Assembly: GCA_964642825.1 (NCBI GenBank)
Contig: CAZXQS010000017.1
Span: 1 to 24,000, forward strand
DNA: 24,000 nt
Source of the DNA: an uncultured Syntrophorhabdus sp.
GTDB lineage: Bacteria; Desulfobacterota; Syntrophorhabdia; Syntrophorhabdales; Syntrophorhabdaceae
Reading direction: 5' to 3'
Notes under the pieces: generated by a model
What the model saw: the letters and a program-made list of their open reading frames with translations, nothing else
The model's database searches: none
What the model was told of the DNA's origin: nothing
Translations under genes and position numbers: made by a program
Shown: positions 6,949 to 16,800 of the stretch, piece after piece
Layout of the letters: each line of letters opens with the position of its first letter
Numbering within the stretch: the first letter of the stretch is position 1

Positions 6949-7356
6949 ATGGCAGTTCTTGTAGAAGGCACATCGGTTATTGTCCGCCGTGATTCAATTG
7001 ATACGAAATTCAAGGGTGGATGGGAGGCCTTCCTGGACGTTCTCCCGTCCACCCCGTTCTGCCATGACCATGAGATCGTCTGCGTGCACTTCATGGCCCT
7101 CGGCGACTCCGCCGCATTCATCGAGGTACTGGAGATGGGTGGCCTCATGTATGTCGACGACGGGCGTTCTGTGGACACAGCCGTTGTCGATCAAGTTCTC
7201 GGCCAGAGAATAGCTGCCGACTGGCTCCAGTTTGTACCTGACTTTTTTCCCGTTGATGGACACGACAACAAGGTGGCAGGCTTGTTGGTTCCTCAAGCAC
7301 CCCAGACCGGGTGTCTATGGAATCCATATGCCCACCGGCTGGAACCCGGGAGATGA
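6949..7356 (+). CDS. Hypothetical protein, probably the upstream part of a gene split by a frame change
   Basis: 135-aa ORF with RBS AAAGGAGAG. Its last 125 nt overlap the next ORF in the +1 frame. Confidence 0.5.
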   Translation: MAVLVEGTSVIVRRDSIDTKFKGGWEAFLDVLPSTPFCHDHEIVCVHFMALGDSAAFIEVLEMGGLMYVDDGRSVDTAVVDQVLGQRIAADWLQFVPDFFPVDGHDNKVAGLLVPQAPQTGCLWNPYAHRLEPGR

Positions 7357-8089
7357 GATATTGTTCTATACCCCACAAGGCTGGACCTACGAGAAGTCCC
7401 TCAGTAGGAGCAACGTATTTGTCCCGAACGACGAAATCTCGAAAAAGTTAAAGTTCCTGCGCCGAGAGGGCAAGGTCGAGGTATACCAGAATCTGGAGAC
7501 GGGGAAGGAGGTCTACATGGCTCGACCAGTTATTGAAGGTCAGGGCGAAAGAGCTGTGTTCACACGTCTCGAGAAGATCCACCATGAGCTCTTTGGAATC
7601 GAGGCGGAAATGGACCGCCTTCGATCTGTCCAGGATGAGGAGGGTCTTGCTCGATTGTCCTACGGGCTCGACAGCGAACTTCTGCCGGCGGTTCGACAGA
7701 CATCCTGGAAGAGCAGCGACCGGAACATGGCCTTTTCCTGCTCAACCGCGGGCCGGATCCTGCGCCTGCTTGACCGCAAGGCCGAGGCAGAGGAAGCCTT
7801 CCGCAAAGCCAACGAGCTGTGGCCAGGTACAATAAGTATACTCCTCGAACTGGTGCGTTGTCTGGCAGAACAGGATAAGCATAAAGACGCGCTGGCGTTC
7901 GCACGGAAGGGTGTAGAGGTCGCACCCGAAAGTGCGGCGGCCTGGGGGAATATTGCGATGTGTCTGATTAGTTGCGGAGAGCGACAGGAAGCCCGGCAAG
8001 CGATTGACCATGCCATCGACCTCGACCCGGAAGACCGGATCAACCAGCATATTTGCAAGAACTTCGAGGCGTTCTTTCAGAAGCGGTGA
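7232..8089 (+). CDS. TPR-repeat protein (C-terminal TPR motifs). Start unresolved; probably continues the 6949 ORF.
   Basis: TPR-like helices: AEEAFRKANELWPG..., ALAFARKGVEVAPESAAAWGNIAMCL..., EARQAIDHAIDLDPED. The track start is a TTG with no RBS, and the frame is open from 7214. Confidence 0.6.
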   Translation: MYLTFFPLMDTTTRWQACWFLKHPRPGVYGIHMPTGWNPGDEILFYTPQGWTYEKSLSRSNVFVPNDEISKKLKFLRREGKVEVYQNLETGKEVYMARPVIEGQGERAVFTRLEKIHHELFGIEAEMDRLRSVQDEEGLARLSYGLDSELLPAVRQTSWKSSDRNMAFSCSTAGRILRLLDRKAEAEEAFRKANELWPGTISILLELVRCLAEQDKHKDALAFARKGVEVAPESAAAWGNIAMCLISCGERQEARQAIDHAIDLDPEDRINQHICKNFEAFFQKR

Positions 8090-8137
8090 TTTTTGGAAGA
8101 ACAGATATTATGCCGACGTGGATTGTTACCGGGTATA

Positions 8138-8165
8138 TTGCAATAAAGATGATTTTTGTTAGTAT
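8138..8165 (+). promoter_or_regulatory. Candidate promoter TTGCAA-16 nt-TAGTAT for the BREX operon
   Basis: This is the only reasonable -35/-10 pair in the AT-rich 181-bp gap upstream of 8271. Weak call. Confidence 0.3.
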
Positions 8166-8270
8166 TTTTTGTAGTATATGGACGAAAGCTCTCCAGTTAC
8201 TTCATCGTAGGCAAGCATCTGAGCCTTCATAAGGGTTGGACATCGATTTAAAGAAAGCGGGTTGTAAAGG

Positions 8271-8825
8271 ATGAGGATAGTTTTCGAGCGACACAATCTC
8301 TCCATTTCGCAGGCCATTTTTCAATTAAGAGCGTTAGTATTGGCGCTGGGTGAATGCGTAGAACCATCTTGGTGGAAAACCGAGTTCATGAACGAGACCG
8401 GTTTGAGGTTCTTAGAACGTCTTTATCCACGGACGCCCCTAAGGGCCGCTGTCCACGCAGCGGGAAAAGCGGCATCGGGTGCCCATGATAGAGCTGTCGG
8501 GCGCGTCGGCGTATATCACCTATTCAGGTTGCCCGAATCTCTCGAAACGGAAATCCATCGGCTATCACCTGATTCTGATAAGGATTTCCTTTCGGCATTG
8601 CGCGTTGCTCTTGGTCGACCGCAGAAATTAATCGAGTTGCTTGGCCCACTTTGTGGAGAGGTGGTAATGGATGCCGCTCACGGAGCAAAGTACATCGGGA
8701 TGGAAAAGGACTTGATAACCATGGCGGTTTATCAGAAGACCGCTACGGTGTACCGCCAGTCATTCGCTCAAGGCAAACCCGGTTTTCCGTATTTCACAGC
8801 CGAGTCAGCCTCAGGCCGACGATGA
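8271..8825 (+). CDS. BREX-coupled hypothetical protein in the position occupied by brxE in type 6 BREX (possible BrxE-like), 184 aa
   Basis: Its stop overlaps the brxA ATG (ATGA at 8822-8825). It is the first gene after the intergenic gap. I do not recognise a motif with certainty. Confidence 0.45.
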   Translation: MRIVFERHNLSISQAIFQLRALVLALGECVEPSWWKTEFMNETGLRFLERLYPRTPLRAAVHAAGKAASGAHDRAVGRVGVYHLFRLPESLETEIHRLSPDSDKDFLSALRVALGRPQKLIELLGPLCGEVVMDAAHGAKYIGMEKDLITMAVYQKTATVYRQSFAQGKPGFPYFTAESASGRR

Positions 8826-9622
8826 CAATGAATCAAGACGTTCAGCGAAAATACTCTGTTGCCATAAGCAAAGGCGCGGCGATGATCGAAGAGACGCGGC
8901 GTCTATTGGAACAATGGCGTCCCGAGGAAACACTCGATGAATTCACACGCAGGGTTCAGGAAGAAGGTCTGCTCGGCAACTCTACCGCCTACAGAACCCG
9001 TGACCTCGTGAGAAGAGTGTTTGCCCCACGTTTTCTGAAACCAAGCGATAAGCCCGCCCGCATTCTGAAGCAGGTACTCGCGTCCGGCCTGCCGGGACGG
9101 GTTTTCAGTGAGCTGCTTTTTGTCTTCGCAGCCCGGCAGGATCCACTCGCATACGACTTCACGATCCGTGAGTATTGGCCCGCCTCCCGACGGGGAAGAT
9201 CTGTCATGAATACGGATTCGATGCTTTCTTTTTTGTCTCAAGCCCATTGTGACGGCCGACTTCACAACCAATGGTCTGAGAAGGTATCCGTGCGTGTTGC
9301 ACGCTCCGTTCTTGGGCTCCTGCGGGATGTCGGGTTCCTCCGCGAAGTCGTCCGGGGCCGCAGGGAGATCGTCAATTACCATATGTCGGATGAAGGAGCC
9401 GCAATCCTTGCCCGGGAACTGAATGAGACGGGCGTGACAGATTCCTCCCTCTGTAACCATCCCGATTGGGGTCTATTCGGAATGATACCGTCTGAGGTAG
9501 TGGACAGGCTGGACGGAATCGGGGAGCACAGAGGGGTGATAGTGCAGCGCGCCGGCTCGATCGTGCATTTCACCTGGGTCGTCAAATCCATTGAGGAGCT
9601 GATCGATGTACTCGCTCGATAA
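8822..9622 (+). CDS. brxA: BREX protein BrxA (DUF1819 family), 266 aa
   Basis: It lies immediately upstream of brxB. The sequence resembles DUF1819 proteins by eye (...YSVAISKGAAMIEETRRLL... near the N-terminus). The start at 8822 was chosen from the ATGA coupling. Confidence 0.75.
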   Translation: MTMNQDVQRKYSVAISKGAAMIEETRRLLEQWRPEETLDEFTRRVQEEGLLGNSTAYRTRDLVRRVFAPRFLKPSDKPARILKQVLASGLPGRVFSELLFVFAARQDPLAYDFTIREYWPASRRGRSVMNTDSMLSFLSQAHCDGRLHNQWSEKVSVRVARSVLGLLRDVGFLREVVRGRREIVNYHMSDEGAAILARELNETGVTDSSLCNHPDWGLFGMIPSEVVDRLDGIGEHRGVIVQRAGSIVHFTWVVKSIEELIDVLAR

Positions 9623-10172
9623 TGCATTCAACGAACTGCTCGACAAAATCCGAGACCCCGACGCGCTCAATCCGGCCAAGAGCGACCCGCTCTTTTATTT
9701 TGCCTATCTGCCCGAATTAATGCTCGACCTGAAGAAGCATCTGCCGCGATGGACATCCAAGATGAGGGAGGCAGGCTTTGAAGTCCGCCGCATTTCCCTT
9801 GCGGACATTCTCTGGGACACGGTCGACAAGTCCGGCAGATGGGACATTTGGCTCGAATTGGAGGCCGGTGCGGACGCGGACCAGATCAATGAAGCCGTCC
9901 GCGACGTCCTCCGCCAGGGGAACACCTTGGTCGACCGGGTGGCGGAAGTGATCGAGTCGACCCCCGAAGGCACCGTCGTGCTGCTCACCGAGGCGGAACT
10001 CCTTCACCCCTATTTCCGTACGCGGACTATTGAGAGCCGGTTGCACGACAAGGTCAAGACGCCAACGGTGATTTTTTATCCCGGCAGGCGGTCCGGCCAG
10101 TATGGTCTCCATTTCCTCGATTTTTACCCAGTCGACGGTAACTACCGGTCGACGTTGCTTGGAGGTCTATGA
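9606..10172 (+). CDS. brxB: BREX protein BrxB (DUF1788 family), 188 aa
   Basis: VVLLTEAELLHPYFRTRTIESRLHDKVKTPTVIFYPG and the C-terminal NYR are typical of DUF1788. It overlaps brxA by 17 nt and brxC by ATGA. Confidence 0.85.
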   Translation: MYSLDNAFNELLDKIRDPDALNPAKSDPLFYFAYLPELMLDLKKHLPRWTSKMREAGFEVRRISLADILWDTVDKSGRWDIWLELEAGADADQINEAVRDVLRQGNTLVDRVAEVIESTPEGTVVLLTEAELLHPYFRTRTIESRLHDKVKTPTVIFYPGRRSGQYGLHFLDFYPVDGNYRSTLLGGL

Positions 10173-13100
10173 TGAACGGTACGATTCGACAGGTATTTTC
10201 GCCCCGGCGGCCCATCGACCGGACCATTGAGAAAGTCATCGACTATTACGCCCAGGAGGAGGACCGCCTGACCCGTGAGGTCGCCGAATACGAAGTCACG
10301 GACAATATCGAGTCCTGCTTCCGCAAGTTCCTCGACGTTTTCGGCGAAGGCGTCAGAAGCGGTCAGGTGACGGAGGTCGGCATCTGGGTGTCCGGCTTTT
10401 ACGGCAGCGGCAAGAGCTCGTTCACCAAGTACCTCGGCGCGTCCCTTGACCCGACGCGGACGGTCGATGGCAAACCCTTCCTCGATCTTCTCTGCGACCG
10501 TTTTCCCCGCAACGAGATTCCCGCAGCCCTGCGCACCGTCTCCAAGAAACATCCGACAGCGGTTGTGCTGCTCGACCTCGGTGCCGAACAGCTTGCCGAG
10601 AGCGCCGCCGCTCCCGTCTCCACCGTGCTCTACTGGAAGGTGCTGCAGTGGGCCGGATTCTCCAAGGAGAAGAAGACGGCGCAGCTCGAATTCACCCTCG
10701 ACCGGCGAGGCAAATACGACGATTTCAAACGGAAATACAAAGAGCGGTATAAGGGTGAATGGAATGAAATCCACAACGACCCGCTGATCGGCGTAGCCCG
10801 TGCAGCGGAGATCGTGCCGGGAGTTCTTCCCGATGACTTTCCCACACCGGAGAGCTTCCGTGGTCTGCGGTTCGAGGAGGCCCGGGATGTGCGCGACCTG
10901 GCTCGTGAAATCATCGACATCTGCAGGCACAAGACCGGCCACGAGAACATCCTGCTCTTGGTCGACGAGGCCGGGCAATACGTCGCACCCCGCGGCGAGC
11001 TGATCCTCAACCTCGACGGTTTGGCGCGCAGCCTCAAAGAACTCGGCAAGGGCAAAGTCTGGATCGCCGCCACCGGCCAACAGACTTTGAGCGAGATCGT
11101 CGAAAAGGCCGCCCACAACTCCGCGGAACTGAACAAGCTACGGGACCGCTTCCCGATTTCCATCCATCTCGATGCGAGCGACATCCGTGAGATCACCCAC
11201 CGTCGGCTGCTCGACAAGTCCGAGGAGGGACGGAATAAACTCGATGCTCTGTTCAAGGAGCATGGACAATCCACTGTTACGCACACCCGTCTCAGCGGTA
11301 CGGCCCTGTTCAAGGGCGACCCCGACTCCGGGACGTTCACCCGCCTCTATCCGTTTTTGCCGCAACACTTCGACCTCTTGTTGGAGCTCATCCGGACTCT
11401 CGCCCGTTCCACCGGCGGCATCGGTCTTCGCTCGGCCATCCGTGTCATCCAGGACGTGCTGGTGGACAAGAGCCGTGTGCTCGGCGCGGAAGCCGTCAAA
11501 CTGGCCGACCGGGAGACAGGCTCCCTGGCCTGCGTGGACGACTTCTACGACACCCTGCGTGCCGACATCGCCAAAGTCCTACCTCACGTCATCGGCGGCG
11601 TCGCCAAGACCCTCAACATTTTCGGGTCGGACTCCATGGAGTTGCGGATCGCCAAGGCGGTCGCCGCCCTTCAGCCGGTGGAGACCTTCCCCCGCACGGC
11701 GGAAAACATCGCCGCTTTGCTTTACGGAAAAGTCGGCTCGCCCGCACTTCTCGACCAGGTTCGGGAAGCTCTGCACAGACTCACCTCCGAAAAGGAGTGC
11801 GGACTTATCGAGGACCCGCAGGCGGGCGGCTGGGTGTTCCTGAGCGACGCCGTCAAGCCGATCCGCGACAAGCGCAACAGCTACGCGCCCACGTCCGGCG
11901 AAGCAATGAGGGCGAGGATCGACGTCCTCAAACAGGGTACCGCCGACCATTCATTATTCCGTGTGCAACCCACCGCCAGGCTGGAAAACATCAAGGAAGT
12001 CAGGTCGTCCGTAAAACTCGGCCGGACACCCGTCGTAGGCGGTTCCGAGGATGTGGAACTCCGTTTGGAGTTCGTCGAACCCGCCTTATGGGACGGCAAG
12101 CGGAACGAGTTCCTGATCGCCTGCAACACCCAGGTGGAGTTGAAGAACACGGTGGTCCTGCTGGTGAAGAACGACGACACCGTTAAGGAACTGCTGCCGG
12201 AGATCGTGCGCTCGGAAAAGGTGCTCGGCGATGTCGATGAGCGGTCCGCCGACCATGTGGTCGCCCAGTATCTGCGCGCCGAAAGACGGGCTGCCGAGCG
12301 CAGCCGGGAACGAACGGCCGCCGCCATGGAAAAGGCGATGCTGGAAGGCGTTTTCATCTTCCGCGGCAAACCAACTCCGGTCCGCGAGGCCGGCGAGACG
12401 CTGGACACCGCCGTGCGCACCATTCTCTCCGCCGCCGTCAAGGAGGTCTTTCCCCATTTTCATCTGGCCCCGGTCCGGCCCTCTACGGACGCGGCTGCGA
12501 AATTTCTCGGGGTGGAGCGCATGGACCGCATCACCAAGGACCTCGACCCCCTCGGCCTCGTCGTCAAGAGCAAGGGCGCTCCGCGGGTGGATACAACCGC
12601 CCCCGTGCTGGCGGAGGTGCTCCGGGTGTTCCAGAACAAGGCCGCCGAAGCGGGCTCCGGAAGGCTCCAGGGTTCCTATCTTCAGGACTTGTTCTCCGCT
12701 CCGCCCTACGGATGGACCAAGGACACCGTGCGATACCTTTTCGCTGCATTACTGCGGGCGGGTGAAATCGAATTACACGTGCCCGGTGCGGGTGGACCGG
12801 TGCGCACCGCCGGACCCCAGGCCGTGGAAGCCGTCAAGAGCACAGTCTCATTTAACAGGATCGGTATATCGTCCCGTGACGCGAAGCTGCCGCCTGAAGC
12901 CTTGGACAGGGCCGCCCGGCGGCTGGAAACCCTTTTCGGAGATGAAGTTCTGCCGCTGGAAGATCACATCAGCCGCTCCGTGCGGCGGCACGTCCCCGAC
13001 CTTTTGGAAAAACTCGGATCGCTGCCCGACCGGTTGCGCCTGCTGAGCCTGCCGGGCGAGAGTCGCTCTCAGCGCCTTCTGGCGGACGCGGCCGACTTGC

Positions 13101-13837
13101 TGAAGGGCGACGCCGGCGGCGCAGCCTCGGTCCTAGGCGGTGTCGAATGCGCGCTGCCGATTGAGATCACTTGGGCCAAATCCGTCTTCGACGCCTTGGA
13201 ATCCGGCGCGGAAGCCGACGTCCGGAACACCCGATCGGTACTGGATTCGACCGCGGATTTGGACCGGTTGTTCCCCGGTTCCGCGAGCGACTTGTTGAGC
13301 CCTGAAGACCGGACCGCCGCGGAGGAGGTGCTCTCTTCAGACCATTTCCACGAGAGGCTTCCCGAACTGCGCGGTGTGGTCCGGTCCGCGGTGGACCGAA
13401 CGGAAAAGAGATATGCGATTGACCGCGCCGCTTACGAGGACGACCTGAAGAAGGCCCTCAACGGTCTGGAGGCGGAAGTCGACTGGGCGAAGCTGCTCGA
13501 CGAGGACCGCGGGGAGATCGCCGCCAAGCTCGCATGCGACCTGCTGGAGACCACCGAGAACGGCGATCCCGTCAGGCTGCTTCAGACCCTGCTGGTGCGT
13601 CGCCGCACCTTGCCGGGGCTGATCGAAGACCTGAAGTCCGAGATCAAACGCAGGCGGCCTTCCGAACCCGAGCCGGAAGCGGAACCGCCGGTCGAGGAAA
13701 TCGTCGAGGCCGATACGCTGGTGCCGGCGGAGGTGATCGCATCGGCGGCGGACTTGGATTCGTGGCTGGCGGGCATCCGGGAGAAGCTGGCCGGTCTGTT
13801 GAAATCGAACAAGCGGATACGGATCAAGGGGCGCTGA
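10169..13837 (+). CDS. brxC: BREX ATPase BrxC/PglY, 1222 aa
   Basis: Walker A in GIWVSGFYGSGKSSFTKYLG, Walker B-like ILLLVDEAGQY. Size and operon position are typical. Confidence 0.92.
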   Translation: MMNGTIRQVFSPRRPIDRTIEKVIDYYAQEEDRLTREVAEYEVTDNIESCFRKFLDVFGEGVRSGQVTEVGIWVSGFYGSGKSSFTKYLGASLDPTRTVDGKPFLDLLCDRFPRNEIPAALRTVSKKHPTAVVLLDLGAEQLAESAAAPVSTVLYWKVLQWAGFSKEKKTAQLEFTLDRRGKYDDFKRKYKERYKGEWNEIHNDPLIGVARAAEIVPGVLPDDFPTPESFRGLRFEEARDVRDLAREIIDICRHKTGHENILLLVDEAGQYVAPRGELILNLDGLARSLKELGKGKVWIAATGQQTLSEIVEKAAHNSAELNKLRDRFPISIHLDASDIREITHRRLLDKSEEGRNKLDALFKEHGQSTVTHTRLSGTALFKGDPDSGTFTRLYPFLPQHFDLLLELIRTLARSTGGIGLRSAIRVIQDVLVDKSRVLGAEAVKLADRETGSLACVDDFYDTLRADIAKVLPHVIGGVAKTLNIFGSDSMELRIAKAVAALQPVETFPRTAENIAALLYGKVGSPALLDQVREALHRLTSEKECGLIEDPQAGGWVFLSDAVKPIRDKRNSYAPTSGEAMRARIDVLKQGTADHSLFRVQPTARLENIKEVRSSVKLGRTPVVGGSEDVELRLEFVEPALWDGKRNEFLIACNTQVELKNTVVLLVKNDDTVKELLPEIVRSEKVLGDVDERSADHVVAQYLRAERRAAERSRERTAAAMEKAMLEGVFIFRGKPTPVREAGETLDTAVRTILSAAVKEVFPHFHLAPVRPSTDAAAKFLGVERMDRITKDLDPLGLVVKSKGAPRVDTTAPVLAEVLRVFQNKAAEAGSGRLQGSYLQDLFSAPPYGWTKDTVRYLFAALLRAGEIELHVPGAGGPVRTAGPQAVEAVKSTVSFNRIGISSRDAKLPPEALDRAARRLETLFGDEVLPLEDHISRSVRRHVPDLLEKLGSLPDRLRLLSLPGESRSQRLLADAADLLKGDAGGAASVLGGVECALPIEITWAKSVFDALESGAEADVRNTRSVLDSTADLDRLFPGSASDLLSPEDRTAAEEVLSSDHFHERLPELRGVVRSAVDRTEKRYAIDRAAYEDDLKKALNGLEAEVDWAKLLDEDRGEIAAKLACDLLETTENGDPVRLLQTLLVRRRTLPGLIEDLKSEIKRRRPSEPEPEAEPPVEEIVEADTLVPAEVIASAADLDSWLAGIREKLAGLLKSNKRIRIKGR

Positions 13838-16800
13838 TGAGTTTCGACAAAGACACACGTAATCTGCTGGCGAAGACCGTGGCCGCGTGCCGGCGTCGGC
13901 TGATCGAGGACGTCACTGACCAGCTCCGCGGAGTCTTCGGCCTACATCCTGATGGCACGGTGCTGCCGCTCGACAAGCTGACGCACCTGTCACCCGATCA
14001 AAACTCGGCGGCCCGCCGCTTGCGCGATCTTCTCGACCATTACACCGTCGGCGTTGCGGGAAAGGATTTGGCCCGCCGCAAGGCCGCTTACGAACGGATG
14101 GTCCTGGAGATATCCTTCACCGTCCTCAACCGGTCGGCCGCCCTGCGGCTGTGCGAGGAACGCGGGCTGGTCGTCGAATGCGTCCGCAAGGGGACGACAT
14201 CCGCCGGCTTTCAGATGTTCGAGCGTATCTCCGGCGGAGCCCTCGGAGGACGATACGACACCTACCGGGTCTTTCTGGAGTGCATGTTCGACGAACTCGC
14301 CGGCGATTTGGGTGTGTTGTTCGACCGGATGACGCCCCAGTCGGCGGTGTTCCCCTCCGAGCGGTGCATGGAAGACGTAATCGCCGAGTTGAACAAGCCA
14401 GAACTCACGCACCTCTGGACCGAGGACGAAACCATCGGCTGGGTTTACCAATACTTCAATCCAAAGGAAGAGCGGGATGCGATGCGTAAAGCTTCGCGGT
14501 CACCTCGGAACACAAGAGAGATGGCCGTGCGCAATCAGTTCTTCACCCCACGGTACGTGGTTGAATTCCTCACCGACAACACCCTCGGGCGCATTTGGTA
14601 TGAGACGCGTAGGGGTGGCACAATCCTCAAGGATGAATGCCGCTATCTCGTGCGGCGGCCGCACGAGGTTTTCCTCTCACCGGGTGCAAAACCCCCGGTG
14701 GACTCGGAGAAAGATACGGACCTCTCCCATGAGGAACTGCTCAAAAAGCCCGTCTTTATTGAGCATCGTCAGAAGAAAGATCCCCGCGACCTGCGCGTCC
14801 TCGATCCGGCCTGCGGGTCCGGCCACTTCCTGCTTTACGCCTTCGACCTGCTGGAGCGTATCTATGAGGAGGCATGGACTGACCCCGAAAGCCCGAAGTC
14901 CGATGTAACCAGCCGAACTCTGCAGGAGGACTTCAAGACCCTTGACGACCTGCGCCGGGAGGTTCCAAAGCTGATCGTCGAACACAACCTTTACGGCATC
15001 GACATCGACCCGCGCGCGGTGCAGATCGCCGCGCTGGCGCTCTGGCTGCGGGCGCAGAAGACATGGAAAAACCTCGGCCTCAAAGCCGACGCACGGCCGC
15101 ACATCGCCAGGTCGAACATAGTCACCGCCGAGCCGATGCCGGGTGAGGAGGACATGCGCCGGGAGTTCACCGCGGGACTCAAGCCGCGCGTCCTGGGCCA
15201 GATCATGGACGAGGTGTTCGAGAAGATGAAACTCGCCGGTGAGGCGGGCTCGCTCCTCAAGATCGAGGAGGAGATCAAGGATGCCGTCGCCGCGGCCGGT
15301 AAGCAGTGGCGGGAAGGCCCGAAACCGGAACAGCAGCTTCTTTTCCCCACCATGGACGCCCCCCGGCTGAAGCAACAGGAACTACGCTTCGATGTGAAGG
15401 GGATCACCGATGTACGGTTCTGGGAGCAGGCGGAGGACCGTATTTTGGATGCGCTGAAAGAGTATGCAGAGCGGGCGGAAAACGGACATGCGACCCGCCA
15501 CCGACTCTTCGCTGAGGACGCCGCAAGAGGCTTCGCTTTCATCGACCTCTGCCGGAACCGGTACGACGTAATTCTAATGAATCCGCCGTTCGGTGCTTCA
15601 AGCCGGGAATCGAAGGACTACATCGAGGACCGGTATCCGAAAACAAAAGGAGATGTTCTTGCCAATTTTATTGAGCGCACTTTGAATTTGACGAATAACC
15701 AGGGTCGGGTCGGTGCGATTTCAAGCCGGACTCCATTCTTCTTGGGTTCTTTTGAAACGCTCAGAACCGAAATCCTCGGGAAGATAGGCCACATCCGCCT
15801 TCTGGCCGATTTGGGTGAAGGCGTTCTTGAGGCGATGGTGGAAACAGCGATTTATGTCGTCACCAAACAACGACGCGGCGGGCCCGAATCGTTGTTCTTC
15901 CGCCTGCTTATCGACGTCGAAAAGGGTGATCTCCTGCGGCAATTTACCGAAGAATGTCTCAAAGGGAAAAGGCCGCAGAGGACTTTCGTCATCGATCCAA
16001 GGCACTTCGGATCACTGAGCGGAAATCCTTACGCCTATTGGGTCTCCAAAACCACGATTGAAACCGTCGGTGAGCATCCATGCATCGAAGGGAACAAAGC
16101 GGCGATACGTGTTGGCCTTCAGACGGGAGAGGATTTTCGTCACCTTCGTCTTCTGTGGGAAATACCCAACGGGAGTGTCGTTCCACGTTCACCGAAAAAG
16201 AACAACCGAAACCCAACCATTAGGCAGCAATGCATTGACCAACTAAGGAACGCGGGCCAGTGGGTCCCGTTTTCAAAAACCGATATGGCATCGCCTTGGT
16301 TCAGCCCAATTACCCTGGCGGTCAATTGGGCAAACGAGGGAGCCGAGCTCAAGAACTTCACAGATTCAAAAGGTAAAGTCAGATCCAGACCACAGAACGA
16401 AGAGTTCTATTTCAAGCCCGGTTTCAGTTACATGGGCCGCTCCACACGGCTGGTTCCTTACTTGGTGCCCGCAGGTGTCATGCCAACCGCTCGCAGAGCC
16501 CAAATATTCCCAAATGCTGGGCAGGAGTACAGCGTTTTAACCGCCTGCGCCTCAAATATAGGTAGTGCAGTTGCCAGATTCCGAGGCGAAGCGTTCGCAC
16601 GGCCGAATTTTCAGGCTGGCATGGTTCAGGGACTCCCCGCCTGCGAGTTTCCTGAAGAGACCTTGGCACTCATCAAAGCACATGTCGACGCCGAAGTGAA
16701 CAAACGCCGTGCTGTTGTGCAGCGGTATGAGCCTTTTCAGGAGTTTATGCTTCCGGCACGGATTCACGCACCGGAGGATGGAGAAACAGTTTGGGACCTG

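Noticed and set aside
10142-11116. Long antisense ORFs across the BREX genes. Examples are 10142-11116, 10630-11340, 14677-15375, 16764-17435, 19329-20717 (462 aa) and 20332-21102.
   Set aside because: They lie opposite strongly supported genes in GC-rich sequence, where stop codons are rare. Their products are low-complexity (Arg/Pro/Ser/Gly-rich) and they lack an RBS. These are shadow ORFs.
13534-13836. Upstream extensions of track ORFs: pglX from 13534, pglZ from 17898, brxA from 8651, DUF932 from 5118 and XRE from 1502.
   Set aside because: The extensions overlap the preceding genes and encode Arg/Gly-rich nonsense. Internal starts give ATGA or TGATG coupling or a proper RBS, and a family-typical N-terminus.
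15359-15364. C6 tract inside pglX as a possible phase-variation switch (homopolymer switching of pglX is known in the Streptomyces Pgl system).
   Set aside because: Six bases is too short to argue for slippage, and the gene is intact in frame.
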